A DNA stretch of 54,154 nucleotides. Origin: Victivallaceae bacterium. Its GTDB lineage: Bacteria > Verrucomicrobiota > Lentisphaeria > Victivallales > Victivallaceae. The stretch is taken from assembly GCA_045605205.1 (NCBI GenBank), contig JAZUPO010000229.1, positions 1 to 54,154 on the forward strand, given 5' to 3'. The notes under the pieces were generated by a model that was not told the DNA's origin, did not search any database, and saw only the letters and a program-made list of their open reading frames with translations. The position numbers and the translations under genes were made by a program. This document shows, piece by piece, positions 18,130 through 28,511 of this stretch. Numbering within the stretch: the stretch's first letter is position 1; each line of letters starts with the position of its first letter.

Positions 18130-19194
18130 ATGGAACAGGAACGCCTCATCAACTTTGTAAATGACAGACCTCTCAATAACGGAAAAAGTTGGGAGCGGGT
18201 ACTGGAAACCCGTGATCCGGAGTGTTGGTACTTCAGGCTCAGCAGAAGCATCTGGGGATTATATGCATTTTTGATATTGCCCCCTCTTGCGGCAACTCTT
18301 TCCGGCAGTGGGAGTGCACTGATATTTTCATTGATATTCTTATTTTTCATACTGTTCATTCTGGCTATTTCTGCAAAAGATTTTTTTGCTGTCCCAACCT
18401 TTGATTTCCGGAATGGATGCTTTTACCGGGACTGGAAAAAGCCCCGATATGGAGATGTTTCCAGCTTAAAGGACTACCTGCCCTTTTCCAAGATCAGCGG
18501 CATCCAGCTTCTTTATAAAATTGTGCACAGACGCAAAAGCGGTCCCTGTCAATTTTACGAATTGAACCTCATCACTGATGATCTGAACCGGATCTTTATA
18601 ACAGACAGCAGCAACTACGCCTCTCTCAAAAAAACTGCCGAAACACTTTCTCAAAAACTCAATGTTCCCTTAAAAGAAAATGACAGGAATAAAACAAAGC
18701 AAAAAAATGTCCCCCGCTGGGTCGCCATACTTTTTCTTGCGGTATTTTCCGGGATGGGCCTCTTGGGAGCCATTCAAAATGTGGTCACACCTCTGTGGAA
18801 AAACAGACAGACAGAAAAATGGCTTTCCCTTCCGGCGGAAGTGACCAAGAGTTATGTAAAAACAGCCCGCCGCCGGTCAAAAAACAGCTCCTATACGGTC
18901 TACAAAGCTGAAATAACTTTTAAGTATGATGTAAAAGGAAAAAGTTACACCTCGGACACCTACTCTTTTTTCCACGATTTTTCCCGCAGTTCTTACAAGC
19001 ACCGCCAACTGGTGAAAAAATTTGCTCCCGGTAAAAAATTCCATTGTTTCAGCAACCCTGCCGCTCCTCATCAGGCAGTCATCGACAAAAATATTCCGGC
19101 ACTCTCTCTCTTTTTGGAGGGAGCCGGCTATTCATTCTTTATTGTTGTGGGAGTGGGGATCTTTATACTTCTCTGGTCACAACGTAAAAAATAA
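18130..19194 (+). CDS. Membrane protein with C-terminal DUF3592-like domain, function unknown
   Basis: A 354-aa ORF with several TM helices. The C-terminal segment (TM, then beta-rich YTVYKAEITFKYDVKGKSYTSDTY, then TM) resembles DUF3592. Confidence 0.6.
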   Translation: MEQERLINFVNDRPLNNGKSWERVLETRDPECWYFRLSRSIWGLYAFLILPPLAATLSGSGSALIFSLIFLFFILFILAISAKDFFAVPTFDFRNGCFYRDWKKPRYGDVSSLKDYLPFSKISGIQLLYKIVHRRKSGPCQFYELNLITDDLNRIFITDSSNYASLKKTAETLSQKLNVPLKENDRNKTKQKNVPRWVAILFLAVFSGMGLLGAIQNVVTPLWKNRQTEKWLSLPAEVTKSYVKTARRRSKNSSYTVYKAEITFKYDVKGKSYTSDTYSFFHDFSRSSYKHRQLVKKFAPGKKFHCFSNPAAPHQAVIDKNIPALSLFLEGAGYSFFIVVGVGIFILLWSQRKK

Positions 19195-19257
19195 ACCGGC
19201 ACCTCTTCTGTAAATAAAGGCTTCAAATTTTCTTCACGTTTCTACCTGGCAGTGCTC

Positions 19258-19285
19258 TTGAAAAAACTTCTGCTCACACTATATT
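19258..19285 (+). promoter_or_regulatory. Putative promoter of the permease-sdaA operon (TTGAAA-16-TATATT)
   Basis: Plus-strand hexamers, about 50 nt upstream of ATG 19335. Confidence 0.45.
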
Positions 19286-19334
19286 GAAAACAGAGCCAAA
19301 GTTCAATTGCAAGAAAAAGAAAGTGGAATTCAAT

Positions 19335-20603
19335 ATGAGTCATCATCACACCGGCAGCCGCCCGGTCTGGACGGCAGGATTGATCGTCGGCAACCTGATC
19401 GGAGCCGGAATATTGGCCCTGCCAGTCAGTCTTGGTATATGCGGTATGGTTCCCTCGCTGATTTTAATGATACTTTACGGAGCCCTTATGCTTTACTCGG
19501 CTGAAGTATTGAGCAGAGAAGCGGTCGAAAGAAAACGCGTCTCCTTTGACCTGCCTTCCCTTTACAGCACCTATCTCGGACGCTGGGCACGCTGGGCGGC
19601 AGTTATCACCAACGGTATCATTCTTTACGGATTGCTGACGGCCTATATTTCCGGAGCTTCGCAGATCATTGCCGATCTCACAGGGGCAAACGGTATAAAA
19701 TCCCTGATCGTTCCTGTGGTGGCGATAATACTTTCTCTTTTGGCGATTATGGACTTTTCTGCGATCAACAAATACAATGCGATTATGGTGGGGACATTGA
19801 TCTGTGCTTTCGGAGCACTGCTTTTTCTGAGTTTTCCGGCCATACATTTTTCCCGGCTCAAGGAATCCCACTGGAATTATGCGGCTCTTGCCATTCCTCT
19901 GATCGTAACGGCCTGTCATTTTCACAATATCATCCCCCTGCTCTGCCGTAATCTCGAATGGGATCTGCGGGCAATGCGTAAAGCAGTGATCCTCGGTATG
20001 GCGATTGCTTTTGTAATGAATTTGCTCTGGACCTTATGCGGTATAGGGACTCTGCCCCGCCACGGAGACAACAGTCTGGTTTTGGCATATCTTTCCAATC
20101 TGCCAGCCACAGTACCTATGGGCAATATTCTCAATTCAAAGCTCTTTTTGGTGATTGCAGTTTACTTCTCACTGTCTGCCATTGCCACATCATTCATTGC
20201 CAACGGTATCGGTTTGATGAATTTTCTGAGGGATATGCTCACTTCGGATCGGCAGAACTCCGGATTTTCTCAAAAGCAGAAAAATTTTATCCGGGCGGCA
20301 GCCTTTGTTCCTCCTGCTGTAACAGCTCTCATCAAACCAGAAATTTTCATCAAAGCTCTTGACGTTGCCGGCGGCGTCGGGATCGTTACTCTCTTTGGGA
20401 TTCTGCCTTGTCTCATTGCCATATTCCGAAAGAAAAATTCTCTTTTGTTCCGTACGGCAGGGTTCTTTTTTCTCTGCCTTGCTTTGATTGCACTGATAAC
20501 AGCTTCTTACAATCTCTGGCAGGGGAGACCGGAGCTTGCTCCGGAATGCAGCTCTTCTCACAATAACAAAACTTTTATTATTAAAGGCTCTGTAAAACAA
20601 TGA
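19335..20603 (+). CDS. HAAAP-family (Trp/Tyr/Ser-type) amino acid permease, probably a serine transporter
   Basis: An 11-TM protein whose N-terminus GNLIGAGILALP is typical of TyrP/Mtr/SdaC-type permeases. It overlaps sdaA by 4 nt. ATG 19335 lies downstream of the promoter at 19258-19285. Confidence 0.8.
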   Translation: MSHHHTGSRPVWTAGLIVGNLIGAGILALPVSLGICGMVPSLILMILYGALMLYSAEVLSREAVERKRVSFDLPSLYSTYLGRWARWAAVITNGIILYGLLTAYISGASQIIADLTGANGIKSLIVPVVAIILSLLAIMDFSAINKYNAIMVGTLICAFGALLFLSFPAIHFSRLKESHWNYAALAIPLIVTACHFHNIIPLLCRNLEWDLRAMRKAVILGMAIAFVMNLLWTLCGIGTLPRHGDNSLVLAYLSNLPATVPMGNILNSKLFLVIAVYFSLSAIATSFIANGIGLMNFLRDMLTSDRQNSGFSQKQKNFIRAAAFVPPAVTALIKPEIFIKALDVAGGVGIVTLFGILPCLIAIFRKKNSLLFRTAGFFFLCLALIALITASYNLWQGRPELAPECSSSHNNKTFIIKGSVKQ

Positions 20604-21799
20604 AATCCCTGAAAGAACTTTTCCGCATCGGCCACGGCCCGTCCAGCAGTCATACAATGGCACCGGCTCACGCCTCAGCACTTTTCAAAGACCGATTCCC
20701 GGAAGCAAGCTCCTTTGAAGTCATCCTCTACGGCAGTTTGGCTGCCACAGGCAAAGGCCATTTTACCGATCAGGCGATCATCCATACTCTTGCTCCCATT
20801 CCCGCCGTTGTCAAATGGGAGCCGGGGATCGTACTTGAATATCATCCGAACGGTATGAAATTCACTGCTCTGGACGCCCAAAAGCATATTATGGGAGAAA
20901 CTGTATTTTTTTCAACCGGCGGCGGAGCTCTTGTTGAAAAAGGCGAACAAGATTCAACGCCTGAACGTTACTGCTTCAACTCTATGACGGAAATGATGAA
21001 CTTCTGCCGCAAAGAAGGGATCCCCTTATGGGAACTGGTCAATCGTTTTGATGATGATGATATTATGTTCCACCTTGAAAATTGCCTGAAAGAAATGGAC
21101 CGTTCTATCGAATCAGGTCTTTTTACAGAAGGTGTTTTACCGGGAGAACTGCATCTGCCCCGCAAAGCTCACAATGTCTTGCTCAAAACAAGGGCGTTGC
21201 GGCAGGATATCCAACGGACGGGACTCATTTCTGCTTACGCCTATGCTGTTGCTGAGGAAAATGCTTCTCTGGGAATCGTTGTCACAGCCCCCACCTGCGG
21301 CAGCTGCGGTGTTCTGCCGGCAGTACTGCGTTACTGCAGAGAAACCCGGACTCTCACAAAAACAGAGGAACTTCACGCATTATGTACTGCGGGAGTCATC
21401 GGAAACATTGTTAAGCAAAATGGCTCTATTTCCGGAGCAGAAGTGGGGTGCCAGGGGGAAATCGGCGTCGCCTGTGCAATGGCGGCCGGAGCCGCCGCTG
21501 CCATTTTCGGCGGGACACTTCCGCAAATCGAATATGCCGCAGAAATAGCCCTTGAGCATTTTCTGGGATTGACGTGCGATCCTGTTATGGGCTTGGTACA
21601 AATACCGTGCATCGAAAGAAACGCCATTGCGGCCAACCGGGCTCTTGCCGCAGCTGAAATGGCCCTGTTGTCTGACGGCAATCACGTTATTTCTTTTGAC
21701 ACAGTCATAAAAACGATGCTTCAAACGGGCAAAGATATGCCCTCGTTATACCGGGAAACTTCGGCCGGCGGTCTTTCTTTGTTTGCAGACATCAAATAA
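20600..21799 (+). CDS. sdaA: L-serine ammonia-lyase (iron-sulfur type, fused beta-alpha)
   Basis: FRIGHGPSSSHTMAP, APTCGSCGVLPAV and CQGEIGVAC are hallmark motifs. Confidence 0.9.
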   Translation: MKSLKELFRIGHGPSSSHTMAPAHASALFKDRFPEASSFEVILYGSLAATGKGHFTDQAIIHTLAPIPAVVKWEPGIVLEYHPNGMKFTALDAQKHIMGETVFFSTGGGALVEKGEQDSTPERYCFNSMTEMMNFCRKEGIPLWELVNRFDDDDIMFHLENCLKEMDRSIESGLFTEGVLPGELHLPRKAHNVLLKTRALRQDIQRTGLISAYAYAVAEENASLGIVVTAPTCGSCGVLPAVLRYCRETRTLTKTEELHALCTAGVIGNIVKQNGSISGAEVGCQGEIGVACAMAAGAAAAIFGGTLPQIEYAAEIALEHFLGLTCDPVMGLVQIPCIERNAIAANRALAAAEMALLSDGNHVISFDTVIKTMLQTGKDMPSLYRETSAGGLSLFADIK

Positions 21800-23153
21800 A
21801 ACGTTTCAACGCTGTATTCCAAACCAGCTTTTCGCCCCATAAGGGGGCCAGTGCAGCAGCTCCGAGTTTTTCCACTTGGGCCCGTTCTTCATCCAGCAGG
21901 TCGTAGGGAACTGCATACCAGGGCGTTGGGGGAGTATGACGCATTTCAAGAAAATGGGAATAAAGAACGCTGCGGGGATGAAATTTTTTAACTGCCGCAG
22001 GCACACTCAGTCCAACGCGGGGGTGAGGAATAAAAATATCCGGGCGGCAATCAGGCTCAAGCTGAGCAACCTCTCTTGAATCCCCCACGGCAAAAATCAC
22101 ACAATCATTGGGAAGTTTGATAAGATAGGAAGCCACAAATTTCTGCAAAGTGGAATTATGGTCGTTTTCCCGCATTGAGATTTTCAACCGGTCAATTTCC
22201 AGTTCCACCGGGGGGCGGTGAAATCCCGGAGCCGGGTAAAAGTTGGTAATGACCTGTTTTTTTGCGGCAGCCAAAGCCTTGAAAAGTTCAAGATCGCAGT
22301 GATCTGCGTGATTATGTGTTGTCAGCACAAAGTCCATATGCTCAGCCAGATCGACAGCCCGTCTGTGGCTCAGATCCAAACCGAAACATACATAAGAGGT
22401 TTTTACCACATATCCCATATTGTACAAATGCCAAAAGAAAACCTCATTTTCACCGGGTGAGGCAGCGGCAGCTTCTTTAATGATCCTGTCAAGAGCCTTT
22501 TCATAAAAATACAATATCGGATATTCTTCTGTCAGCTTTTGCACCTCATCCGGGAGCATTTGGCCGTCAACAGCAAAGGGATTGAATATGGTATTACGCA
22601 TTTGCAGGACACCATTTTGGATCAATTGACAGCAATCCCGGCGTTCGGCACTGCCTTCTGCGGGGTAAGGCCCTCCATTGACAAGAGCTGAAAAATTTTC
22701 AATGGAAGGCTGGCATTTATGCCAGTTGCAGTCACTTCTCACCCTGAAAGCCAGGTGCATAACTTCGCCGGGAACAGACTTCAGAACAACTGTCAGTAAA
22801 TTTTTTCCTTTGCGGCAATATGCAGGGACGGTAAAATTGTCACTTTTCGGGGGGAAGTAAGGTTTGTTCCCGTTTTCACGCCGGTCAAGTATGGATTCAC
22901 CATTCAAAAAGACCTGATAAAAATAACAGCATCCGAATCCCAGAGGCAGAACACAATCTTCTTCGACCTGGATCTCTGCGGTAAAGACACCCTGTTCCGG
23001 AATATCCTGAGCATTTTTCCCGGTGTAAACATCGTCAGCAAAACAAATATTTTCCCCTTTTACACCGTCCAGAGTTTCCGGCATTTCAGTAAGTTCTGCG
23101 GCATTGATTTTCTCACCGTCAACGCCATAAAAAAGCCGCCATTGCAGTTCCAT
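21792..23153 (-). CDS. MBL-fold metallo-hydrolase with N-terminal beta-sandwich domain
   Basis: HNHADHCD (HxHxDH) is present in the C-terminal half. The N-terminal ~140 aa look like a galactose-binding-like domain. Confidence 0.7.
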   Translation of the reverse strand: MELQWRLFYGVDGEKINAAELTEMPETLDGVKGENICFADDVYTGKNAQDIPEQGVFTAEIQVEEDCVLPLGFGCCYFYQVFLNGESILDRRENGNKPYFPPKSDNFTVPAYCRKGKNLLTVVLKSVPGEVMHLAFRVRSDCNWHKCQPSIENFSALVNGGPYPAEGSAERRDCCQLIQNGVLQMRNTIFNPFAVDGQMLPDEVQKLTEEYPILYFYEKALDRIIKEAAAASPGENEVFFWHLYNMGYVVKTSYVCFGLDLSHRRAVDLAEHMDFVLTTHNHADHCDLELFKALAAAKKQVITNFYPAPGFHRPPVELEIDRLKISMRENDHNSTLQKFVASYLIKLPNDCVIFAVGDSREVAQLEPDCRPDIFIPHPRVGLSVPAAVKKFHPRSVLYSHFLEMRHTPPTPWYAVPYDLLDEERAQVEKLGAAALAPLWGEKLVWNTALKRFI

Positions 23154-23181
23154 AAGCTCTCCCCGCTTGCAAATTCACCAC

Positions 23182-23210
23182 AAAAAAGCCGGAAAATCAT
23201 CTTTCCGGCT
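23182..23210 (-). terminator. Rho-independent terminator after the CBM9-like gene
   Basis: The stem is AGCCGGAAA / TTTCCGGCT, followed by a T6 run on the minus strand. Confidence 0.55.
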
Positions 23211-23238
23211 CAGTACGATTCTCATTTTTTCAGACTTT

Positions 23239-23904
23239 TCATCCGAACACCAGTTTTCCGAATTCATCAGGCACGTGAAAATTCACAGCCCGCAGCGGGA
23301 TCCAGCTCTGCCAGTGAGGGTGCGAAGTACAGTCACCGCATTTGTAAACGTTGGCACGCCAGACGGTTCCGGCCACAGGCACAGGAGCCCCGTTCAAATG
23401 CTTGAAAAGAGAAAAGGGAATAAACCAAGCCAGCCGATAGGTGCACAAACCGGTCTGTTCCGGTTCAACTTTATCCGGCAGTGTATGGAAAATCTGAATA
23501 TCTTTGACCTCTTCAGCTTCCAGGAAACGGTATTCTATAAAACCGTTTGCCGTCCGGCCGGGGTTGGTGATATGCATACAAAGCATTGCACCGGAAGCAT
23601 TGATCTCAAAGTTCTGATATCCGACACCGGCAGCAGGGCGGACAAAAAACTCAAGACAGCTGTCGTGGCAGACACTGGACTGAAACTCGGTATGGGCGCA
23701 GCGGACATAGGAGTCCTGAACTTCAAACATTCCGTAAAGCCCTTCCTGGTCATACAGAAGTTTGAAATTGACTTCAGGATTGTAATTGCTGCCTTCTGCA
23801 TACGTTTGATTGATTTTCATCACCTCTGCGTCGGCCCAGCAGGGACCATCAAAAGGACTTGAAATATCAGGCTTGCTTAAAGCTCTTTTTACCAGATAAC
23901 TCAT
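23239..23904 (-). CDS. Carbohydrate-binding family 9-like / DOMON-like protein
   Basis: A 221-aa beta-rich protein. The pattern (W..A....I.., FEVQD, LEFFV.P, YQNFEINA) resembles CBM9-like proteins. A terminator follows at 23182-23210. Confidence 0.55.
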   Translation of the reverse strand: MSYLVKRALSKPDISSPFDGPCWADAEVMKINQTYAEGSNYNPEVNFKLLYDQEGLYGMFEVQDSYVRCAHTEFQSSVCHDSCLEFFVRPAAGVGYQNFEINASGAMLCMHITNPGRTANGFIEYRFLEAEEVKDIQIFHTLPDKVEPEQTGLCTYRLAWFIPFSLFKHLNGAPVPVAGTVWRANVYKCGDCTSHPHWQSWIPLRAVNFHVPDEFGKLVFG

Positions 23905-23938
23905 TTTTTATCTCCTTGAAAAATATTCTCTTTGCAAT

Positions 23939-25153
23939 TCATTCACTGTCGACAGCATAGGCTTTGAGCCTTGAATACTGCAGCTTTGTTATGTTTCTCG
24001 GCACCAGTTTACTCCTGTCTGCGGCAGAAACGCCAATGCTGTTGATATACATCGTTCTGTCGATTTTATTGCCCGGAAGCATCGTATAAACGGCAGCGAC
24101 TCCGGGATATTTTCTCAAACTGAGCCAATTCCGCTGAAACAGCTTCAAGTTTGCGGCATTTTTCCCAAATCCGGTCAACAACATATTGACGGCATCAAAA
24201 GTTTGACTCTCGCTCCCTTCCGGCTGATAAAAAAGTTTTTTCCTGAAATTTTTTTTGAAATTCAGAAATTCAGGACTTTTGCTCTCAGCATTGAAACGGG
24301 CAATGTAAAAGTTGTTTCCCGGAAATTTCATCCCTTGCAACCCGGCAACAAACTCCGGATCATCCCAACTGTCCGTTCCGCAAATCAACCCTTTGTACCC
24401 ATACTGACGCAGGATTTTATAGAGACGGGCAGCATTTTTTCCGTCAAAAGGCAGCACAATGGCATCCGGCATTGCAGAAATGATCTCACGGAGAGCCCCT
24501 TCGGGAGCTGCCGTATGAATTTCTCTGAGAAAGGCGTGTTCGCCGCCGACCTTCTTGAAAGAGGTGACAATATCCTGAGCAACATTGCGTGAATAAACCG
24601 CCTCCTGTTCGGTGGCAGCAGTAACAATGATCCGGTTTGCACGGCGGTAATACTTCAGATACCCGGCGATCATTGCCGCCTGCTGTTTGTCCGTAAACAC
24701 CACCCGGAACACAAAGGGATTGCTGTTGATCCGCTCACCGTCGCCGGTTGCAGCAGCAATAACAAAAGGAACTTTGAAACGCTTGGCAAGAGAAGTCATC
24801 CCTTGTGTTTCAAGAGAAGAATATCCTCCCACAATGCCAATTGCTCCGGAAGAGACAGCCTGTTCAAAGGCTTTAGCAGCTCCCTGTTCGGTGCTGCCGG
24901 AATCACAAACGATCAACTTCACCCGGCGGCCGAAATGCCCTCGGGATGAATTGAGTTCATCGACTGCCAGAGTGGCCCCATTAAGCATTTTTTTCCCTTT
25001 GACCGCATCAGGACCGCTCAAAGGCAGCACAAGACCGATACAAACAGGCGAAAGTGAATCAGGTTTGTAACGCAACAGCTCACTTTTCGGTGCACAACCG
25101 CAGAAAAGCAAACTCAAAACAACAAGTACCAAGAGTTTTCTGAGATATGGCAT
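23939..25153 (-). CDS. Periplasmic-binding-protein type 1 (LivK-like) ABC substrate-binding lipoprotein
   Basis: The signal peptide has a lipobox (LLFCGC). The ligand-binding fold pattern is GLVLPLSGP...GAIGIVGGYSS. The start is taken at ATG 25153, not the TTG at 25219. Confidence 0.7.
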   Translation of the reverse strand: MPYLRKLLVLVVLSLLFCGCAPKSELLRYKPDSLSPVCIGLVLPLSGPDAVKGKKMLNGATLAVDELNSSRGHFGRRVKLIVCDSGSTEQGAAKAFEQAVSSGAIGIVGGYSSLETQGMTSLAKRFKVPFVIAAATGDGERINSNPFVFRVVFTDKQQAAMIAGYLKYYRRANRIIVTAATEQEAVYSRNVAQDIVTSFKKVGGEHAFLREIHTAAPEGALREIISAMPDAIVLPFDGKNAARLYKILRQYGYKGLICGTDSWDDPEFVAGLQGMKFPGNNFYIARFNAESKSPEFLNFKKNFRKKLFYQPEGSESQTFDAVNMLLTGFGKNAANLKLFQRNWLSLRKYPGVAAVYTMLPGNKIDRTMYINSIGVSAADRSKLVPRNITKLQYSRLKAYAVDSE

Positions 25154-25228
25154 TACTTTCACTCCTTGACAAAGCGTATGATTTTCAAACAGGGAAATTT
25201 TCCGGACGGCCCTTCCCAATGCAGAAAC

Positions 25229-25942
25229 TCAGCTGACGATAGTCCCGTATTTGGTATCATTCATCAACAGTTTTTCCAGAGCCTCAGGGTCTGAAAAATT
25301 CAGGACACCGATATGCAGACCGTTGTCCCGGCAAAGAGAAAATGCCGCAGCATCCATAACCCGGAGATTTTTTTGCAAAGCCTCATCAAAGGAGATTCTC
25401 TCATAACGCACAGCAGTGGGATCCTTGAAGGGATCTGCAGAGTAAACTCCGTCAACTTTGGTGGCCTTGAGAACGATATCGCATCTTGTTTCAAGAGCTT
25501 TAAGAACAGCCGCAGTATCGGTGGTAAAGAAAGGACTTCCGGTTCCGCCGGCAAAAATAACGACCTTGCCGGAACTGAGATCATTCATTGCTTTTTCCCG
25601 GTCAAAAAGTTTGACAGCCGGAGCCATATTGACAGCAGAATAAACTTCAGCAGGGATCCCGGCCTGAGTCAGGAACTCTCCGATGGCAATAGCATTCATT
25701 GCAGTTGCCAGCATTCCCATATAGTCAGCCCGGACGTGATCCATACCGACGCCCATATTGCCGCGCCAGAGATTTCCGGCCCCCACGACCACAGCGACTT
25801 CAACGCCCTTCTCTCTGACCTGACTGATCCGGGCAACGACCTCTCTGAGAGCTTCGGGTTCATATCCGTGACAACGCTCGCCTTTAAGAGCCTCTCCGCT
25901 GATCTTCAGCATAATCCTTTTGTAGCTGAAAGTACATTCCAT
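25229..25942 (-). CDS. pyrH: UMP kinase
   Basis: KRIMLKISGEAL, VVGAGNLWRG and KATKVDGVYSADP are canonical PyrH motifs. Confidence 0.92.
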   Translation of the reverse strand: MECTFSYKRIMLKISGEALKGERCHGYEPEALREVVARISQVREKGVEVAVVVGAGNLWRGNMGVGMDHVRADYMGMLATAMNAIAIGEFLTQAGIPAEVYSAVNMAPAVKLFDREKAMNDLSSGKVVIFAGGTGSPFFTTDTAAVLKALETRCDIVLKATKVDGVYSADPFKDPTAVRYERISFDEALQKNLRVMDAAAFSLCRDNGLHIGVLNFSDPEALEKLLMNDTKYGTIVS

Positions 25943-25969
25943 AATAGCAGTCCTCCAAATATTTTACAA

Positions 25970-25998
25970 AATATAACCCGTAAAAGATGCTTTTGCAA
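25970..25998 (-). promoter_or_regulatory. Putative promoter of pyrH and the binding-protein gene (TTGCAA-17-TATATT)
   Basis: Minus-strand hexamers, about 28 nt upstream of ATG 25942. A GGAGG RBS is present. Confidence 0.45.
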
Positions 25999-26073
25999 GT
26001 GGAAAAAAACAGTAAAATGTGCTATTTTATCAAAAAGACAATATATTCAATCTTAAAGAGAGGAATTTTCATA

Positions 26074-27069
26074 ATGGGAAACACTGAAAAAATCAAAGTC
26101 GGAGTCATCGGAGTCGGAGCATTAGGCAGACATCACGCCAGACTTTACGCTGAAAATCCCGGAGCAGAGGTCGTCGGTATCTTTGATGTCCAGAAAGAAA
26201 ATGCACAAAAGGTGGGGGCGGAATTCAATCTGAACGTTTTTGACACCTGGGAGGAACTTGCTTTTCAATGCGACGCTCTCAGTGTGGCTGTCCCTGCCAC
26301 ATACCACGGAAGCACCACTTTGCCCCTGCTGCAGATGAAAAAACACGTTCTGGTGGAAAAACCCATTGCAGACTCCCTTGAAGATGCTGAAAAAATGGTT
26401 CTGGCCGCTCAGAAAAACGGCGTCGTTTTCGGTGTCGGCCACGTGGAACGCTTCAATCCGGCAATGACGTTTCTTGAAAAACGTCACCTTTCCCCGGTTT
26501 TCATTGAAGCCCGCCGTATGGCAGCTTACCCCCCTGCCCGTCCGGGACTCCACCCCAGAGGCACAGAGGTCAGCGTCATTCTTGATCTGATGATCCACGA
26601 TATCGAGCTGGTTCTTGCCCTGATCGATTCAGAAGTCGAACGTGTCGACGTTATGGGAGCTCCCATACTCAGTCCCGGCGAAGACCTTGTCAACGCCCGG
26701 ATCAAATTCGTCAACGGCAGCTGTGCCCTCCTTACGGCAAGCCGTGTAAGCCAGACTCCTGTCCGGCAAGTCCAGGTCTATGAGACAGACAACTGCATTA
26801 CGATGGACTTCGGCAACCATACAGGCACCATCGTTTCAAAGGCCGCCGGCACACTCGTCACTGAAGAGGTCAAACTTGATGCTGTCAACGCTTTGGCCTG
26901 TGAACTGGACGATTTTCTCTGTGCTGTACGCAAAACGAAAGAAACTGGAATCGTCGCAGCAACCAGGATCCCCGGCTCTCAGGGGCTCAAAGCTCTGCAG
27001 CTGGCGGTCACGATCGAAAAAGAAGCCAGACGCTATAACGAACAGTACGGTTTCAAATTCCAGGATTGA
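26074..27069 (+). CDS. Gfo/Idh/MocA-family NAD(P)-dependent oxidoreductase
   Basis: IKVGVIGVGALGRHHA is the Rossmann N-terminus, and an EKP motif is present. ATG 26074 follows an AGAGGA RBS. Confidence 0.8.
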   Translation: MGNTEKIKVGVIGVGALGRHHARLYAENPGAEVVGIFDVQKENAQKVGAEFNLNVFDTWEELAFQCDALSVAVPATYHGSTTLPLLQMKKHVLVEKPIADSLEDAEKMVLAAQKNGVVFGVGHVERFNPAMTFLEKRHLSPVFIEARRMAAYPPARPGLHPRGTEVSVILDLMIHDIELVLALIDSEVERVDVMGAPILSPGEDLVNARIKFVNGSCALLTASRVSQTPVRQVQVYETDNCITMDFGNHTGTIVSKAAGTLVTEEVKLDAVNALACELDDFLCAVRKTKETGIVAATRIPGSQGLKALQLAVTIEKEARRYNEQYGFKFQD

Positions 27070-27081
27070 TTCGTCTGAAAA

Positions 27082-27951
27082 ATGGAACACCAAGGTCTTT
27101 TTTACGCTCCGGCCAAGATAAATCTGCTGCTCCGGGTCACAGGCAGACGCAGTGACGGTTATCACGAGCTTGTCACATTGTTTCATCCGGTATACAAAGT
27201 TTGTGATGAGATCAAAGCGGATCTGTGTGCTGCCGGGGGGATCTCTTTAAGCTGTACTCAACCGGGTGTGCCGGCAGACAGCCGCAATCTCCTTTGGAAA
27301 GCGGCAGCAGCTTTTGCGGAAAAAATGCAACTCTCCCCCCGGTGGCACTTTGAACTGATCAAACACATTCCCGTTGCGGCAGGAATGGGGGGGGGCAGTT
27401 CCGATGCCGGAAGAGTGCTCAGATTTCTTTCTGAACGATTCCCGGGATGTTCTGAAACTGACCTTGTGACACTGGGGGCTTCTCTCGGTGCCGATGTGCC
27501 ATTTTTTCTTTCACCCCAAGATGCTGCCGCCAGGGGAACAGGGGAAAAAATCACACCTGCCGGCACACTGCCGATGCCGCCCATACTTGCTGTTTTTCCG
27601 AACTTTCCGGTCAGTGCGGCGTGGGCTTATAAGCATTTGCAGCAATTCACCCCCCCGGAACAGGCAGAAGAGGAACTGAGACTTTTAACAGAAGCTCTGC
27701 TCCAAAAAAACTTCGACCAAGCGGCAGCTCTCTGTGCCAATGATCTGGAACACTCGCTCTTTGAGAAATTCCCTTTGCTGAACTTTTTACGCAGAGAACT
27801 TCTTGCCTACGGGGCGATGTGCGTTCACGTTTCCGGCAGCGGATCTTCTTTGTTTGCGATGTTCCCTGAAACGGAAGTGCTGAAAAAGGCTTCAGCGGTC
27901 CTCGGGACAAAAGAAAACCTTGCAACCGGCATAAAAATAATGGAGTGTTGA
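27082..27951 (+). CDS. ispE: 4-(cytidine 5'-diphospho)-2-C-methyl-D-erythritol kinase
   Basis: YAPAKINLLLRVTGRRSDGYHEL and the GHMP motif AAGMGGGSSDA are present. Confidence 0.9.
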   Translation: MEHQGLFYAPAKINLLLRVTGRRSDGYHELVTLFHPVYKVCDEIKADLCAAGGISLSCTQPGVPADSRNLLWKAAAAFAEKMQLSPRWHFELIKHIPVAAGMGGGSSDAGRVLRFLSERFPGCSETDLVTLGASLGADVPFFLSPQDAAARGTGEKITPAGTLPMPPILAVFPNFPVSAAWAYKHLQQFTPPEQAEEELRLLTEALLQKNFDQAAALCANDLEHSLFEKFPLLNFLRRELLAYGAMCVHVSGSGSSLFAMFPETEVLKKASAVLGTKENLATGIKIMEC

Positions 27952-27960
27952 AAGATCCTT

Positions 27961-28509
27961 ATGAACAAAGCATTCTTTTTAGATCGTGACGGTGTGGTCA
28001 ACTACGATGTCCGGTATTGCCACGAACCGGAAAAAATAGAGTTGAAGCCGGGATTTGCAGAAGGAGTGAAACTCCTGCACCGGGCAGGCTATCTTGCTGT
28101 TGTCATCACCAATCAGGGCGGTATCGCACTGGGAATGTACGAAGCAAGTGCCGTTCAGGACTGTCACGCAAGGATCCAGGAGCTGCTGGCTCTTTCCGGA
28201 GAAAAAATAGACGGCTTCTATTTCTGTCCCCACCACCAGAAGGTCAACGGGGAATGTTCCTGCCGCAAACCCAATCCGGGAATGCTTTTCAAAGCTGCCC
28301 GGGATCTTGACATTGACATCAGCAACTCTTATATGGTGGGGGACCGTATTTCAGACCTTGAAGCCGGACGCAATGCCGGTTGCCGTCAGGGTTTTCTGGT
28401 TGACTCATTTTATTGGGACATCCACGCCCCCAAAGCCAAAGCCGCCGGATTTGCAACCGTTCCGACATTGGCGGAGATCGCAGCTTTGATTTGTACTCCG
28501 GAGAAGTAA
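27961..28509 (+). CDS. gmhB: D-glycero-beta-D-manno-heptose-1,7-bisphosphate 7-phosphatase (HAD-IIIA)
   Basis: FLDRDGVVN, the zinc motif CPHH...CSCRKPNPGM, and VGDRISDLEAG are present. Confidence 0.85.
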   Translation: MNKAFFLDRDGVVNYDVRYCHEPEKIELKPGFAEGVKLLHRAGYLAVVITNQGGIALGMYEASAVQDCHARIQELLALSGEKIDGFYFCPHHQKVNGECSCRKPNPGMLFKAARDLDIDISNSYMVGDRISDLEAGRNAGCRQGFLVDSFYWDIHAPKAKAAGFATVPTLAEIAALICTPEK

Positions 28510-28511
28510 TT

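Noticed and set aside
26019-26047. A promoter for the Gfo/Idh/MocA operon, using a TATATT at 26042-26047.
   Set aside because: The -10 hexamer is present, but the best -35 at a 16-18-nt spacing (GTGCTA / TGCTAT) is poor. It is not reported as a feature. It may be activator-dependent or not a promoter.
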